A stretch of 64,000 nucleotides of DNA from Octopus vulgaris. Its lineage: Eukaryota. Location of the stretch: the NCBI GenBank assembly GCA_951406725.2, contig OX597835.1, positions 46,996,001 through 47,060,000 on the forward strand. Direction: 5' to 3'. A program made the position numbers and the translations under genes. The notes under the pieces are model-generated. The model was not told the origin of the DNA. It did not search any database and saw nothing but the letters and a program-made list of their open reading frames with translations. Below are positions 58,264-64,000 of the stretch, in pieces; within the stretch, counting starts at the first letter, position 1, and every line of letters starts with the position of its first letter.

Positions 58264-58524
58264 ATATATGTATATATATATATACATATATACATCCTCC
58301 TCTCCATAATACCGGATGAACCAACAGCCCGACATAAAGTACAGACAAGGAGAGCGGAATCAAACTCCCTCATAAACCAAATGGCCCAACAGCTGGGACA
58401 AAGGCACATACAGGAGAGGTGATATGAAACACCCCAGACTGAGGATATCAGCAAGATCATGGTGGTGCTCCAGCATGACCGCAGCGCTATGGCTGAAAGG
58501 AGTAAAAGAGCATAAGAGCATATC

Positions 58525-58585
<61 letters not shown>

Positions 58586-58835
58586 ATGAATAATCTTGTT
58601 GCAGATTAATCAAAAATTTTAAGAGTGATACCTTGGTAGCAATATGGTCTCCTTATTCAATCAAAAGAATTAAGAGTAAATTGTGGTTTTCGATAATTTT
58701 TTCTCTTACGATGTAGAATGCAATCAAAAGGATTTCTCTTAAAAAATCTTTCGTTCAACTCCATTTCTTCAATTCACTAATAATATATAATTATATACGC
58801 TCTATATATATTATATATGTCAGCATTTCTTCATT

Positions 58836-58894
<59 letters not shown>

Positions 58895-59557
58895 GTAGCT
58901 TATTAGCAATTTAACAACCTAATGGCAAATTTATAGATGTCACCAAATTGACAGAGGGGACTAAGTGGTACCGGCGTTGCTAGAAATAAGAGTGAAAACA
59001 ACTCAATAGTCGCATAAGCTCTATCTTGAGACAAGCTCCCTAGCGGACATAGCCAGGTCACCGGTGATTTCGAATTTTGATGCACGGCATCTTAATTCTC
59101 ATGTGTATGTATCTCTATAAACACACATTTGTGTACGTGTGTATGTCCATAGATATACATATATACATACCCATTCAAATATATAGATATGTGTATATAA
59201 ATATATGTATGTTTGTGTATGCATATATATATATATACATATATATACGCATGCATATGTTCACACACACACACACACAGACACACACACACACACGCAC
59301 TCACACACACACACACACACTTATACATATCGCACATGTAATGAGTGTAGCGGCAAGGGGGGATCTACCAATTCAATCGACCTGCACGAAAGAGAATCGA
59401 AACCTTATTGAAATCAAAATAACCTCGTATACAAAAAGTAAGGATTCGCATTGAACAATCTGGGCCTAAATATACAAAAGGATAAAATCAACCAGTATTG
59501 TACGGCATTTGACCACATATCGACCGCATCAAGTCTGGCTTGTGAGCTAAAGAGCAA

Positions 59558-59673
<116 letters not shown>

Positions 59674-59787
59674 TATAGTATATAATATTCATATATAGTG
59701 TATAGTATAAAATATATATATTATAATATATTGGATATCTGGTGTATAATATATATGCGTTTATATATCTATCTATCTATCTCTCTT

Positions 59788-59832
<45 letters not shown>

Positions 59833-60285
59833 ATATATATATATATATATTTAAATATATATATATATACATATATATAATAGTATATAATATATATTTA
59901 TATGTGTGTGTTTATATATATATTTACATTTATATATATATATATATATACATACAAATACATACACACACACACATACATACATACATACATACATACA
60001 TACATACATACATACATACATACATACATACACTCACACATACATCTATGTGTGTGTGAGTTTTTGTGTATGTCCCCCACCCTCGCTTGACAACGAATGT
60101 TGGTGTGTTTTACACCCTCGTAACTTAGCAGTTCAGCAAAGGAACTGATAGAATAAGTATCAGGTCGATTAATTAGATCAAAAATTCTGCAATGTGGTGC
60201 CCCAGTATGACCACAGCCTAATGACTGAAATAAGGAGAAGGTAAATGACACACCTATGTGTCTGTATGTATGAAAGTTTGTATAC

Positions 60286-60316
<31 letters not shown>

Positions 60317-60583
60317 TGTATGCATGTATGTATGTATGTATGTATGTGTGTATGTATGTATGCATGTATGTATATATGTGTGTATGTATGTATGTAAGTA
60401 TGTGTGTATGTATGTATGTATGTATGTATGTATGTATGTATGTATGTATGTATGTATGTGTATGTATGTACGTATGTATGTATGTATGCATGTGTGTATG
60501 TATGTATGTATGTATGTATGTATGTATGTGTTTGTGTGTGTATGTGCGTATATGTATATATATATATATGTATATAGATATAG

Positions 60584-60735
<152 letters not shown>

Positions 60736-61304
60736 CATATATACACACACCTACACACATAGATTAGACAGATAGATAAATAGATAGATAGGCAGATAGA
60801 GATAGGTACATATTCATATATATATATATGTGTGTATATATATATGAATACGTATCTATATCTATGTATATATATATATAGATATATACATAGATATATA
60901 TATACATGCATACATACATACGTACATACATAAACACAAGCACATTCACACGTGCAATAGGTGTGTGTGTGTGTGTGACCCATAAACACACACACACAGA
61001 CAATCCTTCCTCCTCGCCGCCAGACCCAGAAGCTACAGATGTCACACATCTCAGCCAGTAATGTTGACTTACGATATAATGTTGTCACCGAAACCTTTCA
61101 TTTCTGTGTTTTTCTTTTGCCTTTTTTCCCACGATGATGATATTGAAGATAATCCAAAGATTTAACTTAATCCGTCTTCAATTACATCCTCCCCGCCGCC
61201 AACGCCCACCCGAAAATACACAAACACCCAACCTTACATATATAACAATCTAACAATCATCCTCATTATGTTTTGTTGTAAACGCTGTGGCTGTTTTTGT
61301 TTTG

Positions 61305-61405
<101 letters not shown>

Positions 61406-61526
61406 AGGTACAAATATTATATTACACTCTTCTGTCACATTTTATATCCCTCCTCTTGCTTGTTAACCGGGAGTCAATGCTAACCCATACACACACGCAC
61501 ACATATATATATACATACATACATAC

Positions 61527-61606
<80 letters not shown>

Positions 61607-61624
61607 GTATATATATGTATATAC

Positions 61625-61754
<130 letters not shown>

Positions 61755-61820
61755 GTATATATATATATTGTGTGTGTGTGTGTGTGTGTATATATACATA
61801 TATGTATATATACATGAATG

Positions 61821-61877
<57 letters not shown>

Positions 61878-61879
61878 CA

Positions 61880-62180
61880 CCTAGAAAGTTCTCCTCCGAG
61901 GCACAATTTCAGGGCAAGGTTGTTTATGGAAGACCAGCACTCGCCCATGCACACCAGCCTCTCCTCTCCACACCACTGATGTTATCCAAGGGAAAGGAAA
62001 AGGGGCCGATACAGCTTGGCACCAGTGACGTCACAATTCTTTTCTACAGCCGAGTGAACTGGAGCAACGTGAAATAAAGTATCTTGCTCAAGAACACAGC
62101 ACACGACCCGGTTCCGGAATCGAACTCAGTACCTCATGATCGTGAACCCGACGTTCTAACCACTGAGTCATGCGCTTTCA
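61880..62180 (-). mobile_element. third tRNA-derived SINE type (CORE-like body, distinct tail)
   Basis: Minus-strand head GCGCATGACTCAGTGGTTAG...GAGTTCGATTCCGG (A/B boxes), then GTTCTTGAGCAAGATACTTTATTTCACGTTGCTCCAG. Confidence 0.7.
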
Positions 62181-62618
62181 CAAACACACACACACGCACA
62201 CGCGCGAACACACACACATACATACATATCTGCACATATGCCATGCATTTGAATATATATATATATGTGTATATATTTGTATCTATGTGTGTATATATAC
62301 ACATACATACACATACATATATATCCACACATATACATACATATGTTTGTGTGTCTGCGTCTATGATTTATTTGTTACTTGAGCAGTTTATGGGGGTTAG
62401 GAGGTTCATCTGTTAGTTTCCCTGAGACTGGGGAGGAGGGGACCGAGGGGAGGGTCCGAGATTCGACTTAGAGTTTAGAGAGATTAGGGTCTGCGTACCC
62501 GTAGGGCTGAGGCAACAAGGGTGTAAGGTAGATTTGTAATTATCTATGAATATAATATAATTATGATTTACATATAGTTAATTAATAGATCCGATAGAAA
62601 AGCAGTAATGTGTGTGTG

Positions 62619-62675
<57 letters not shown>

Positions 62676-63169
62676 AATGCCTACTGGGCTATTAAAATCT
62701 CGTGTATACGGAAGAACGATCTGTTTGTGTGACTGTGCATGGGATTGTGCCATATTCTGTAGATTTGCAATCCAATATATATATATATATACACACACAC
62801 ACACCTAGTACAAAGTCATTCAATGCACATTGTTATACACTTGGAATTAAATGCGTGCAATTCTCGCGAGCAGAGGAATTTACATAGATACGTTTCTATG
62901 CGTATGTATGTATGTATGTATGTATGTATGTATGTATGTATGTATGTATGTATGTATGGATGGATGGATGGATGGATGGATGGATGGATGGATGGATGGA
63001 TGTGTGCATGTAAACATGCAAGAACATATAACAATAAATTAATATAATGATATATTAAATACGCCATGATAAAGATGACGAAAGCTATTTAAAGCCCAAA
63101 AGATAGAATACATAAAATTAGGTGCAAATAGCACCTACAATTGCTAGAAATAGGAGTTAAATATATATA

Positions 63170-63267
<98 letters not shown>

Positions 63268-64000
63268 CATACATGTGTATATATTATATATATATATATA
63301 TACTATTTATGTGTATGTTTGTGTAGCATGTATGTGACTATGCATGGATGTATGTTTGTATGTAAGTACGTAAAATATATGTCTGTGTGTGTGTATGGGT
63401 ATGTGTGTGTGTGTCCATATATACAGAGAGAGTGACAGAGACACACACACACGCGCGCATTCTTTCTACTACACTCGTACACACATTCGGATCGATGAAC
63501 TACGTTAAATAAAAGTACCTTCATGATAACACATTCTTACATTTTCTAACAAAATATTTCCATTTTTCTAAACTGTCCGTTGTATTCAATTTTCAATAAT
63601 ACCGTCCATAAATCAATTATCTTTCCTTGACTTTCTCAGTCGCACCTTCTGAATGGAGGGGTGACTGTGCTGAATTGCTGTTGCATTTTTGCCTGAATTA
63701 ATGTAGTACATTGAGAATCCATTTCTAATTGATAACATGTCACTCAGCAATTTTGAAATTATTTACAAGAAATCGCTGGCATATTTTAATAATGTATTTC
63801 AGTTCGTTATGAATTTATGCTAGTTTTAGGTTGGTTCTTTACTTTGAAGAAAGCGAACCTCATCAATTTATCCTCCATGCTTTTCTGAAGAATTCTAAAT
63901 TGGAATGTATTGATATCATTTATTATTTTCCTACTCTCTTTTACTCTTTTACTCTTTTGCTTGTTTCAGTAAAATCGACATATGTATATGTGTATATCTT

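Overview
Eukaryotic, AT-rich, extremely microsatellite- and SINE-dense DNA. The repeat families resemble those of a coleoid cephalopod, probably Octopus (inference from recalled repeat consensus, not from a search). Nearly all long ORFs in the supplied track are microsatellite artefacts. The one real gene I can support is a tailless/TLX (NR2E1/NR2E2) nuclear receptor on the minus strand. Its DNA-binding domain is split over three exons: 17487-17568, a 19-nt micro-exon at 15323-15341 that carries half of the P-box, and 13076-13211. The start-codon exon is unresolved, and the hinge/LBD exons were not found (probably left of the window). The intronic and intergenic space holds tRNA-derived SINEs, an (AAT)n-embedded element, a non-autonomous Helitron, and Tc1/mariner and CR1-group LINE remnants. 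The most notable signal is a set of (TA)n-embedded elements with long fold-back inverted repeats and at least eight minimal type I hammerhead-ribozyme-like motifs. Some have very long stem II insertions or a U3-A8 core variant. This fits Penelope-like pLTR remnants, and several motifs lie on the sense strand of the tailless pre-mRNA.
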